The notes beneath the pieces were generated by a model. The model worked only from the letters and a program-made list of their open reading frames with translations, was not told the DNA's origin and made no database searches. A stretch of 64,000 nt of DNA from NCBI GenBank assembly GCA_903862955.1, contig CAIPAH010000030.1, positions 228,748-292,747 of the forward strand, in the 5' to 3' direction. This DNA is from an uncultured Opitutia bacterium (GTDB lineage: Bacteria; Verrucomicrobiota; Verrucomicrobiia; Opitutales; Opitutaceae). Positions 1-8,438 of this stretch are shown here, piece by piece (positions within the stretch are counted from its first letter, which is position 1; every line of letters starts with the position of its first letter). The position numbers and the translations under genes are program-made.

Positions 1-739
1 GCGCGAAGTAGCGCCGCGCGAATTCCTGCGACCAGCGCGCATCATCGCGGACATAGCCGCGCGTCGCGATGCCTCGGTCCGCCCGCGTGAGTTCGCGGAC
101 GACTTCCTTGTTCTTGATCCCCGGCTGCGCCCACGCGCGCGCGAGCGTCTCGAGCCGCCCCGCGTGCAGCGCGAGCACAAACTCCCACGCCGCGTGATAC
201 GCCGCGAACGCTGGTTCCAGGCTCAGGCAAATTTGCAACAAACCCGGCCGGCCCGAGGGTCCGGGCTGCGCCCAGCCGGGCTGGTCATCCGTAAGCCAAC
301 CGATGAGTTCGCGCCGCTCGCACCACGGCAGGCAGGCCTCGCCCGCGCGCGCCGCGGCCATCTTCGGCCAGTCCGGATCAAACACGTCGGGCAACCGCGC
401 CCCGTTTGAGTGGATCAACGCCCCCGCCGCGCAAAAATCCACGGTGCCCACCCAGGGCAGGCCTTCCTCGTGCAACGGCGCGCCCGCACCGGCCCCCAGC
501 GCATTGAATCCCCAACCGCGCAGCCGCGCCGCGGGATCATGCGGCGAACCCTCCACGCCTCGCACCTCGTTCACCGCGCACAGGAAAAACGGCCGACCGG
601 ACGGGTCGAGCAGGCGCCACATGCCGGACGTCGACTGGCCCACTCGAAAGAAGCCCTCCGCGCCGCGGGTGGTGCCGGGACGGATTTCCAGATCCTGCGG
701 GGCGTCGCTGGTTTGCGCCATCGCGGCGAGGCTGGGCAT
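1..739 (-). CDS. partial CDS (C-terminal part lies left of the window): hypothetical protein, possibly TIM-barrel glycoside-hydrolase-like
   Basis: Manual minus-strand translation from ATG 739 (alternative ATG 721) gives MPSLAAMAQTSDAPQDLEIRPGTTRGAEGFFRVGQSTSGMWRLLDPSGRPFFLCAVNEV...LRGWGFNALG... The frame stays open to position 1; I checked every in-frame triplet and found no stop. Third codon positions are mostly G/C. It is absent from the ORF track because it has no stop in the window. The competing + ORFs 303..794 and 410..811 are Arg/Pro/Ala-rich junk. The function guess is weak. Confidence 0.5.
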   Translation of the reverse strand, partial: MPSLAAMAQTSDAPQDLEIRPGTTRGAEGFFRVGQSTSGMWRLLDPSGRPFFLCAVNEVRGVEGSPHDPAARLRGWGFNALGAGAGAPLHEEGLPWVGTVDFCAAGALIHSNGARLPDVFDPDWPKMAAARAGEACLPWCERRELIGWLTDDQPGWAQPGPSGRPGLLQICLSLEPAFAAYHAAWEFVLALHAGRLETLARAWAQPGIKNKEVVRELTRADRGIATRGYVRDDARWSQEFARRYFA

Positions 740-800
740 CCGACGCGCAAATGCAAAGCGCGATTGCCGCGCGGCGGCGGATGGGTTTGCGTGAACCGCC

Positions 801-1862
801 ATGACCCCTGAGCGCCTCGCCGCCCTGACCGCTGGATTTGCCCGCTTGCGCGTCGGCGTCGTCGGCGATTTCTCGCTCGATCGCTACTTCGACATCGATC
901 CGGCCCGCGCCGAGACCTCGATCGAGACCGGCCTGCCCGTGCACAACGTGACGAGCGTCCGCTGCTCGCCCGGCGCGGCGGGCAACATTGTGCAGAATCT
1001 CGGCGCGCTCGGCGCCGGCACGCTCTGGCCTCTCGGCTACTGCGGCGAGGACGGCGAGGGCTTCGAGCTGCTCCGCGCGCTGCGCGCCGTGCCCGGCGTG
1101 TCGCTGGACAATTTCCTGCGCACCCCCGAACGCCGCACGTTCACCTACACCAAGCCGCTCGTGCACACGCCCGGCCAGTCGCCGGTGGAGCTCTCGCGTC
1201 TCGACCTCAAGAACTGGGTGCCCATGCCCGGCGACGTGGAGGGCGAACTCTGCTCGGCGCTGCACGACCTGGCGCCGGATTTGGACGCGCTCATCGTCAT
1301 GGACCAGGCCGGCGTGCCGGGAACGGGCGTGATTTCACGCTCCGTGCTGAAGACGGTGCGGGAGCTCTCCCTCGCTTATCCGCGCCTCGTGATCCTCGCG
1401 GACAGCCGGCACGGGCTCGGGCATTTTCCCCCGCTGGTCTTCAAGATGAACGCGGCCGAGTTCACGCAGCTTGCGGGCGCGCCCGGCAAAACCAGCCAGC
1501 GTGTCGGTGACATCGATCCCAAGAGCGCCGCGCTGCCCCTCGCGGAAATCAAGGTGGGCGCTGAGCGCCTCGCCGGGGCGAGCAAGCACGCAGTCTTCAT
1601 CACCCTCGCCGAGCGCGGCATCATCGGCGCGGCGCCCGGCCAGCATGCGGTGCACGTGCCGGCGCTGCCGCTCCGCGGCGCGATCGACATCGTCGGCGCG
1701 GGCGATGCCGTGACCGCCGCACTCACGCTCGCCCTCGCGGCCGGCGCGACGCTGGACGAGGCGATGCAGCTGGCCCAGGCCGCCGCGTCACTTGTGATTC
1801 ACCAGCTCGGCACGACCGGCCTGGCCCGCGTGTCGGACGTGCGGAAACTCCTGTTCCCATGA
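801..1862 (+). CDS. PfkB-family carbohydrate kinase (candidate heptose-7-phosphate kinase, RfaE domain-I-like)
   Basis: 353-aa ORF. It has an N-terminal VGVVGDFSLDRY and a C-terminal DIVGAGDAVTAAL PfkB-type motif. Its stop overlaps the next start (ATGA at 1859-1862). The downstream gene is a GT9 heptosyltransferase. Confidence 0.75.
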   Translation: MTPERLAALTAGFARLRVGVVGDFSLDRYFDIDPARAETSIETGLPVHNVTSVRCSPGAAGNIVQNLGALGAGTLWPLGYCGEDGEGFELLRALRAVPGVSLDNFLRTPERRTFTYTKPLVHTPGQSPVELSRLDLKNWVPMPGDVEGELCSALHDLAPDLDALIVMDQAGVPGTGVISRSVLKTVRELSLAYPRLVILADSRHGLGHFPPLVFKMNAAEFTQLAGAPGKTSQRVGDIDPKSAALPLAEIKVGAERLAGASKHAVFITLAERGIIGAAPGQHAVHVPALPLRGAIDIVGAGDAVTAALTLALAAGATLDEAMQLAQAAASLVIHQLGTTGLARVSDVRKLLFP

Positions 1863-2902
1863 GCGCCGTCGCCGAGCCCGTCGTGTTCACCCCACCCGTG
1901 CACCGCACGCGCCCGGGCGCGCGGCCCGCGCTGCTGGTGGCGGAGTTTCGGGGCATCGGCGACATCGCCATCCTCATTCCTTTCCTGCGCGTGGCGGTGC
2001 AGCACTACGACGTGACACTGCTGGCCGTGCCGAACGCGAGCGGGCTGCTGCGGCGGTTTGTCCCCGAGGTGGAACTGATTCCCTGCGTCGCGCCGTGGGC
2101 GCTGTTCTCGGGCGGGCGCAACCTGCCCCGCTGGCCCTGGCGCCCGCTCGCGCGAATTCTGCGGGAATTGCGCGGGCGCCGGTATGCCGCGGCCGTCTCG
2201 ATCTGGCCGCTGGCCTCCGATCATCTATTCCTGCGACTGGCCCGCCCGCGCCGCCTGCTCGGTTACGGCCGCCGCGGCGCCGGCTGGCTGCTCGATGAAA
2301 ATCTTGCCGACGGCGGCCACCTGCACCGGCCCGAGGCCTGGCGCCGGCTGGCCGCCGAGCTCGGCCTGCCCGCGCTTCCGGCCGCGTCATCGCGCCTGCG
2401 AGCGCCCGCCGCCCCGCGCCGCCTGGTGTTGCACTCGGGTGCGTCCCAGCCGCTGCGCGTCTGGCCGCTGCCCCGCTACGCCGAATTGCTGCGCCGGCTG
2501 CGCACGCAGGGCTGGGACCCCGTCGTGCTCTGCGACCGCCCACAAGTGGCCGCCTGGCAAAAACTCGGCGAGGCGCAGGCGCACGCGGTGGACAACATGG
2601 ACGAACTCGTCGACACGATTGCCAGCGCCGTGGCGTTCTTCGGCAACGATTCAGGTCCCGGCCACATCGCTGCGTTCTGCGGCGTGCCCACGTTCACCAT
2701 CTTCGGCCCGCAAGTGCCGGAACTCTTCGCGCCGTCGCATCCCGATGCCGAGTGGATTGAGGGTCGTCCCTGCCGTTACAAACCCTGCTACGACCGCTGC
2801 CGGTTTGCCGAGCCGTTCTGCCTCACCGGCATCGACGTCGAGACCGTGTGGACCAAGCTCGTCGACTGGCTGGCGAAGTGTCGCCAGCCGGGGCAGAGTT
2901 GA
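1859..2902 (+). CDS. glycosyltransferase family 9 (LPS heptosyltransferase-like)
   Basis: 347-aa ORF. The GNDSGPGHIAAFCGVPTFTIFGP motif is typical of GT9 enzymes. It is translationally coupled to the upstream PfkB kinase. Confidence 0.75.
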   Translation: MSAVAEPVVFTPPVHRTRPGARPALLVAEFRGIGDIAILIPFLRVAVQHYDVTLLAVPNASGLLRRFVPEVELIPCVAPWALFSGGRNLPRWPWRPLARILRELRGRRYAAAVSIWPLASDHLFLRLARPRRLLGYGRRGAGWLLDENLADGGHLHRPEAWRRLAAELGLPALPAASSRLRAPAAPRRLVLHSGASQPLRVWPLPRYAELLRRLRTQGWDPVVLCDRPQVAAWQKLGEAQAHAVDNMDELVDTIASAVAFFGNDSGPGHIAAFCGVPTFTIFGPQVPELFAPSHPDAEWIEGRPCRYKPCYDRCRFAEPFCLTGIDVETVWTKLVDWLAKCRQPGQS

Positions 2903-2917
2903 ATTTCTTCCCACCCC

Positions 2918-3700
2918 ATGCTCAAAAACAAATCCGCCCTCGTGACGGGCTCCACCAGCGGCATCGGCCTGGGGCTTGCGCGCGCGCTGGCGCGGGCCGG
3001 CGCCAACGTGATGCTCAACGGCTTTGGCGACGCCGCGGCGATCGAGCTGCTGCGCCGCGAACTCGCCACGGCGACTGGCGTGCAGGTGCTTCATCACCCC
3101 GCCGATGTCAGCAAACCCGCCGAGGTGGCGGCGATGGTCGCGGCGACGGAACAGGCGTTCGGCGGCGTGGACGTTCTCATCAATAATGCCGGGATCCAGT
3201 TCGTCTCGCCGGTGGAGGACTTTCCCCTCGAGCGCTGGGCGGCGATCCAGGACGTCATCCTCAACGCCAGTTTCTACTCCATCCGCGCCGCCCTGCCCGG
3301 CATGAAGCGCCGCAACTGGGGCCGCATCATCAACCTCGTCTCGACCCACGGCCTCGTCGCCTCGCCGTTCAAGTCCGCCTACGTCGCCGCCAAGCATGGC
3401 CAGGTCGGCCTCACCAAGTCCGTCGCGCTCGAGGTCGCCGAGGTCGGCATCACGTGCAACGCGATCTGTCCCGGCTATGTGCTGACTCCGCTGGTGCAGG
3501 GGCAGATCGAAAGCCAGGCCAGGGTGAACAACCTGCCGCCGGAGCGGGTGATCAAGGAAGTGATCCTCGCCGTCCAGCCGACGAAGCGCTTCGTCGAGAT
3601 CGAGGACATCGCCGCCCTCGCCGTTTTCCTCTGCAGCGACGCCGCCAAATCGATCACCGGCGCCGCCATCCCCATCGACGGCGGCTGGACCGCGCGGTGA
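2918..3700 (+). CDS. bdhA: 3-hydroxybutyrate dehydrogenase (SDR family)
   Basis: 260 aa. It has the TGSTSGIGLGLA dinucleotide-binding motif, NNAG, and the Y-x3-K catalytic pair (YVAAKHG). Length and overall sequence look BdhA-like. Confidence 0.8.
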   Translation: MLKNKSALVTGSTSGIGLGLARALARAGANVMLNGFGDAAAIELLRRELATATGVQVLHHPADVSKPAEVAAMVAATEQAFGGVDVLINNAGIQFVSPVEDFPLERWAAIQDVILNASFYSIRAALPGMKRRNWGRIINLVSTHGLVASPFKSAYVAAKHGQVGLTKSVALEVAEVGITCNAICPGYVLTPLVQGQIESQARVNNLPPERVIKEVILAVQPTKRFVEIEDIAALAVFLCSDAAKSITGAAIPIDGGWTAR

Positions 3701-3728
3701 GACGACGAAACCCACGAACACTGATTTA

Positions 3729-3798
3729 GCCCACGGAACACACCGAGGACACGGAAGTAGAAGATCGGGTTTCCGTGTCCTCCGTGTGTTCCGTGGGC
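3729..3798. repeat. long inverted repeat (28-nt arms, 1 mismatch, 14-nt loop) between convergent genes; probable bidirectional terminator or REP-like element
   Basis: Left arm is gcccacggaacacaccgaggacacggaa (3729-3756). Right arm is ttccgtgtcctccgtgtgttccgtgggc (3771-3798). There is no U-tract on either side. Confidence 0.75.
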
Positions 3799-3802
3799 AG
3801 CT

Positions 3803-5308
3803 TCACCACAGCCCGAGGTTTACGCGGCGGACTTCGACCGGTTGATCGGTCTCGTTGCGCAGCTCGAGAGTGTTAGCCCCGGGCTGCAGCAGCGCGGAGT
3901 CAAACCGATACAACTGTGACTGGTCGCGCGTCGGGCGGTGGCTGCTGACGTTCGAAAAATTGTTCGGCGGCACGATGTATTCGAGGAACAGCTCCGGCGG
4001 GTGAATCGTCGGCACCCGCTCCAGGGCGCGGCCATCGATCGCCACCGCGAGCGGCGCGTCCGTGTTGAGGAGAATCCGCGCCCGCCAAGCCGGCAGGGCC
4101 AGCGGCGGAATGTTCAAAGCCAGCGTCACCGCGCTGTGTGCCGGGATCTGCACCGGCAGCACCGCCGGCTGGTCCATTTCCTTGCGGTATTTGTTCACCG
4201 GCAGCGAAAACAGCAGTGGCTTCCGCGCGGCCGTGGAGGGCGACTCGAGCCCGGCGATCCATTCGTAGGGCACGACGCCGAAGTCGGCATGGCCGACAAA
4301 ATTGAAGAGGCTGATGCCGTCCGCTCCGCACGCATACAGGCCCGTCGCCGCTGCGCGCAGCGACTCCGCGTTGTGATGCTGCCAGCCGTGCTCGATCTCG
4401 ACCGACGCGTAGATTGGCATCGCCGACCCGAACATTTTCCGGAACTCGCCAATCGGCATGCTGAAATCCGTGTCGAGGAACTCCGACACCGTCACGAAGT
4501 CCACCAGCCCGCGTTTCACCCAGTCCTCGACGTCCACGCCCAGCACCCGGCAGCCGCGCGGCGTGCTCGGCACACGCACCGACAGCTTCAGGCCGTGTTT
4601 CTGGGTCAGCTGGCGCGCGAACTCCACGATGCGGGTGAGATATTCCCGCTTCGCCCACACCTCGTCGCCCACGCCGGACAGGTGCCGGGGAAAACGCATC
4701 CAGTCGAGCTGCAGGCCGTCCATGGACTTCGCATATCGCTCCACGACCTCCGTCAGCATCGCGCGGAGATAGTGGTCCGCCTCCGGCTGTGAGAAATCGA
4801 GGCTCCAGTTCATCCACTCCGGGTCGCCCCGCGCCGCCGCCTCGGGCCGCGCGATGACATCGGGGTGCTGCTCGCGCACCAGCGGCATGTTCCAGTGATC
4901 CGCGTCGGTGGGATTGTGCACGTCGTTCATGCGATAGGTGATGAACGTCTCGCGGCCCGACGCGTGGAGTTTCTCCAGGAAGTAGCCAAATGGGTCGTTG
5001 CCCTTGGCATGCTCTGCGTTGAGTTGCTTCAATCGTGGATCCACCAGGCCAATCTTCGTCGGGAAATAAAACCGGCCCGCGCCGCAGCAGAGCAGGAACG
5101 TGGTGACGTTCGGCGGGATTTCGCGGATGCGCTCGTCGATGTCGGCGCGAAAGTCCGTCGTCAGCGTGGAGAATTGCGCGTGGCCGTCATGGTCGAGGAT
5201 CAACCGGTGCGGCCGGGCCGGGGGTTCGGCCGCCGCCAGCGGGAGCGCCAGCGCCAGCAACATCGCGCACGCGGCGCCGCGCCGCGAGACAGGGGTAAGG
5301 GGGTGCAT
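3803..5308 (-). CDS. exported hypothetical protein (possible glycoside-hydrolase-like TIM barrel)
   Basis: The start was moved to ATG 5308 (MHPLTPVSRRGAACAMLLALALPLAAAEPP is a signal-peptide-like N-terminus). The tracked start at 5419 would add 37 aa and overlap the divergent gene. The function guess comes only from general composition (DWMRFP, alternating hydrophobic strands). Confidence 0.6.
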   Translation of the reverse strand: MHPLTPVSRRGAACAMLLALALPLAAAEPPARPHRLILDHDGHAQFSTLTTDFRADIDERIREIPPNVTTFLLCCGAGRFYFPTKIGLVDPRLKQLNAEHAKGNDPFGYFLEKLHASGRETFITYRMNDVHNPTDADHWNMPLVREQHPDVIARPEAAARGDPEWMNWSLDFSQPEADHYLRAMLTEVVERYAKSMDGLQLDWMRFPRHLSGVGDEVWAKREYLTRIVEFARQLTQKHGLKLSVRVPSTPRGCRVLGVDVEDWVKRGLVDFVTVSEFLDTDFSMPIGEFRKMFGSAMPIYASVEIEHGWQHHNAESLRAAATGLYACGADGISLFNFVGHADFGVVPYEWIAGLESPSTAARKPLLFSLPVNKYRKEMDQPAVLPVQIPAHSAVTLALNIPPLALPAWRARILLNTDAPLAVAIDGRALERVPTIHPPELFLEYIVPPNNFSNVSSHRPTRDQSQLYRFDSALLQPGANTLELRNETDQPVEVRRVNLGLW

Positions 5309-5417
5309 CGCAGCCCGACGCTGGCCCGCACGCGCGGCGTTGTCTAGTCCCACGGTTGCGCGGCTCTTGCCAAGCTCTGCCGTGCCCTTCAGAGATGAAG
5401 CCGGTCCGCGCCCCACC

Positions 5418-8400
5418 ATGGAAGCCTTCTTCGTCTTGTTGGCCCTCTACTTGATCGCGGCGGTCGTCGTCCTGCCCATCTGGACGATCATCAAGATCAC
5501 CCAGCAGCGGCGCGACCAGGAGATCCTGCAACAGCAGCTCACTTTCCTAGAAAAGGAAATCCAGGCCCTGCGCGCCGAGCTGAAATCGTCCCCCGTCGCC
5601 CCCGCACCCGCGCCCGCGGTTGCTCCCGCGCCCCAATCGGTCACCCCACCGCCGGCGCCCGCGCCGGCCAAGCCGGTCGTCGTCTCCGCCCCGCCCGTCG
5701 TCAGCATTCCCCTGCCCGCGCCTGCACCTCAGTCCGTCCCGGCGGACCTGCCGCCGGTGTTGCCGCCGGTGATCGCGGCGTCCCGGCCAGTGTATGTTCC
5801 GCCGGCACCCGCGCCTTCCGGCATCAACTGGGAGCAATTCATGGGCGCCAAGCTCTTCGCGTGGCTCGGCGGTTTCGCGCTGTTTCTCGGCGTCGCGTTC
5901 TTCGTCAAATACTCCTTCGAGCACGACCTGATCCCGCCCGAAGTGCGCGTCGCCCTCGGCTTCCTGCTGGGCGCGGGGCTGATCGTGGGCGGGTTGAAGA
6001 TCACGTCGGATCGGCTCCGCGTCACGTCGCAGACGCTCATCGCGAGCGGCGTCGTGTCGCTTTACGCCGTCACGTTCGCCTGCAACTCGATCTACCACTT
6101 CGCGTTCTTTGGCCCGGTGCCGAGCTTCGTACTGATGTCGCTGATCACGGCGACGGCCTTCGTCATCGCGGTGCGCCTCGGGGCGCCCGTCGTGGCCATC
6201 CTCGGCATCCTCGGCGGTTTCCTCACGCCGAGGCTGATCAGCACCGACCAAGACAATCCCCCGGGGTTGTTCAGCTACCTGGCGCTGTTGGACGTGGGGC
6301 TGATCTCGGTGGCGCTGCGACGCCGCTGGTTCTATCTCGTGCCGTTGGGTGCCGGCGGAACCGCGCTGCTGATGATCGGCTGGGCCGCTAAGTTCTACGC
6401 GCCGGAAAAGACCTCCACGGCCATGATTGTCTGCCTGGGTTTCTCGGCCTTGTTTATCATCGCCAACGACCTCGCCCGCCGATGGGACTGGCATGACCGC
6501 CTGCTCTCGCTGTCCGCGGCGGTGATACCGCTGGTGGCGTTCGGCTTCGCGTTTGCGTTCCTCGACTACCCCACCGTCGCGGCGCGGGGCGGACTTTACC
6601 TGGGCTTTGTGCTGCTGGTGGACGCGGCGCTGATGATCCAGTGCTGGCGGGACGACACGCTGCCGCGCCTTCATCTCGTGGGTGGATTCGTGTCGTTCGC
6701 GCTGCTGGCGTTCTGGACCGGCGGACACTTGACCGACGATCTGCTTCCCATCGCCCTGGCTGCGTTCCTCGTGTTCGCCGCCCTGCATTCCGCCTTCCCG
6801 TTGTTGCTGGAACGCCAGCGGCCCGCCAGCACGCCAACGTGGTGGAGCCAGCTCTTTCCGCCGCTCACGCTGCTCCTGATGCTCGGGCCGATCTTCAAGC
6901 TCGAGGCGGTGTCACTGCTGATCTGGCCTGCCATCCTGCTCGTGGACGTGCTCGCCATCGGGCTCGCCGTGCTGAGCGCGTCGCTCGCCGCCGTCGCGGC
7001 CGTGCTCGTCCTCACGCTGATCGCCACCGGCCTGTGTATTTTCCGCCTGCCGGTGACCGCCGCCCTCGACTCATCCCTGTTGCTGGTGATCGCCGGCTTC
7101 GCCGTGTTCTTCTTCGTCACGAGCCTGTGGTTGGTGCGCAAGCTCGGCGCGAAACTTCCCGCCGACGGCGGGCCGCTCGCCGGGGTTTTCGGCGACGCCC
7201 GCGCGCAACTGCCCGCGTTCGCGTCGCTCCTGCCGTTCGTCCTCCTCATCATGGCGTGCGAGCGGCTCTGGATCCCTGATCCGTCGGCCGTGTTCGGCCT
7301 CGGGCTGCTGCTGGTCGTGCTCACGCTCGGGCTGGCCCGGTTGCTTGTCATCGAATGGCTGCCCGTCTGCGCCCTCGTCGGCATGGCCGCGCTCGAGTTT
7401 GCGTGGCACAACCATTATCGCGCGCTGTCCCGCGCGGAGCTCCCGCTCGGCTGGTATCTTCTCTTCTATGCGATCTTCGCGGTGTATCCGTTCCTCTTCC
7501 GCGGGGTTTTCCAACGGCTCACCGGGCCGTGGGCCGTGGCCGCGCTGAGCGGGCTCGCCCATTTCTGGATGGTTTACCAGGCGCTGAAGCCGGACTGGTC
7601 CGCCGATTTGCTCGGTGCGATCCCGGCCCTCTTCGCGCTCGCGCCACTGCTCAGCCTCTTTGTCGTCCTGCGGCTCACGCCGCCGGAACAACCCGCGCGA
7701 CTCAACCAGCTCGCGTGGTTCGGCGGCGTGACGCTGTTCTTCATCACGCTCATCTTCCCCATCCAGTTCGAACGCCAGTGGCTCACCGTCGCGTGGGCGC
7801 TCGAGGGCGCGGCGTTGCTTTGGCTGTTTCACCGCGTGCCGCACCCGGGCCTGCGCGCCACCGGCGCCGTCTTGCTGGTCACGGCTTTCGTGCGGCTCGC
7901 GCTCAATCCCGCCGTTTTCGCCTACCACCCGCGGAGTGACGTCGCGATTTTCAACTGGTATCTCTACGCCTATGGCCTCGCAATCGCCGCGCTGTTCGTG
8001 GGTGCCCGGCTGGCTGCGCCGCCGCGCGAACGCATCCTCGGTGTGAACGCCCCGCCGCTGTTCCAAACCCTCGGCGTCATCCTCGCGTTCGTCCTGCTTA
8101 ACGTCGAGATCGCCGACTACTTCACCCCAGTCGGCGCGCGCGCCCTCACGTGGCAATTCTCCGGCAGCTTCGCCCGCGACATGACCTACACGATCGCGTG
8201 GTCCCTCTTCGCCCTCGGCCTGCTGGTCGCCGGCATCTGGAAGGAAGCCCGCCTCGCGCGCTACGCCGCCATCGCGCTGCTCAGCGTCGCCCTGCTGAAG
8301 CTCTTCTTCCACGACCTCGCCCAGCTCGCCCAACTCTACCGCGTCGGCGCGCTCTTTGCCGTCGCCGCCGTCGCCATCCTCGCCTCCTTCGCCTACCAAC

Positions 8401-8438
8401 GCTTCCTGCCGAGCAATGAAAAGACGCCCCGGACTTGA
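5418..8438 (+). CDS. DUF2339-like giant polytopic membrane protein
   Basis: The start was moved to ATG 5418 (MEAFFVLLALYLIAAVVVLPIWTII...). The protein has an N-terminal TM segment and a coiled-coil-like stretch (QQRRDQEILQQQLTFLEKEIQALRAELK). A roughly 90-aa Pro/Ala/Val-rich linker follows, then more than 20 hydrophobic segments to the C-terminus. The upstream 106 codons of tracked ORF 5100.. are antisense to the neighbouring gene. Confidence 0.8.
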   Translation: MEAFFVLLALYLIAAVVVLPIWTIIKITQQRRDQEILQQQLTFLEKEIQALRAELKSSPVAPAPAPAVAPAPQSVTPPPAPAPAKPVVVSAPPVVSIPLPAPAPQSVPADLPPVLPPVIAASRPVYVPPAPAPSGINWEQFMGAKLFAWLGGFALFLGVAFFVKYSFEHDLIPPEVRVALGFLLGAGLIVGGLKITSDRLRVTSQTLIASGVVSLYAVTFACNSIYHFAFFGPVPSFVLMSLITATAFVIAVRLGAPVVAILGILGGFLTPRLISTDQDNPPGLFSYLALLDVGLISVALRRRWFYLVPLGAGGTALLMIGWAAKFYAPEKTSTAMIVCLGFSALFIIANDLARRWDWHDRLLSLSAAVIPLVAFGFAFAFLDYPTVAARGGLYLGFVLLVDAALMIQCWRDDTLPRLHLVGGFVSFALLAFWTGGHLTDDLLPIALAAFLVFAALHSAFPLLLERQRPASTPTWWSQLFPPLTLLLMLGPIFKLEAVSLLIWPAILLVDVLAIGLAVLSASLAAVAAVLVLTLIATGLCIFRLPVTAALDSSLLLVIAGFAVFFFVTSLWLVRKLGAKLPADGGPLAGVFGDARAQLPAFASLLPFVLLIMACERLWIPDPSAVFGLGLLLVVLTLGLARLLVIEWLPVCALVGMAALEFAWHNHYRALSRAELPLGWYLLFYAIFAVYPFLFRGVFQRLTGPWAVAALSGLAHFWMVYQALKPDWSADLLGAIPALFALAPLLSLFVVLRLTPPEQPARLNQLAWFGGVTLFFITLIFPIQFERQWLTVAWALEGAALLWLFHRVPHPGLRATGAVLLVTAFVRLALNPAVFAYHPRSDVAIFNWYLYAYGLAIAALFVGARLAAPPRERILGVNAPPLFQTLGVILAFVLLNVEIADYFTPVGARALTWQFSGSFARDMTYTIAWSLFALGLLVAGIWKEARLARYAAIALLSVALLKLFFHDLAQLAQLYRVGALFAVAAVAILASFAYQRFLPSNEKTPRT

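Noticed and set aside
303-811. Plus-strand ORFs 303..794 and 410..811 at the left edge.
   Set aside because: Both are Arg/Pro/Ser/Ala-rich. They lie antisense to an open minus-strand frame that has protein-like composition and G/C-rich third positions. That minus-strand frame is reported as partial CDS 1..739.
5100-5417. N-terminal 106-codon extension of the DUF2339-like ORF, and the 37-codon extension of the divergent ORF up to 5419.
   Set aside because: The two extensions overlap each other on opposite strands, and both are low-complexity. In each case an internal ATG is followed immediately by a TM helix or a signal peptide, which gives a sensible 109-nt divergent intergenic region.
5560-5830. 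An apparent low-complexity Pro/Ala-coding DNA repeat at the start of the DUF2339-like gene; a tandem repeat or a contingency locus?
   Set aside because: At the DNA level the units are not regular. Only the short peptide motif PAPAPQSV recurs. It reads as an in-frame disordered linker, not as a VNTR or slipped-strand tract.
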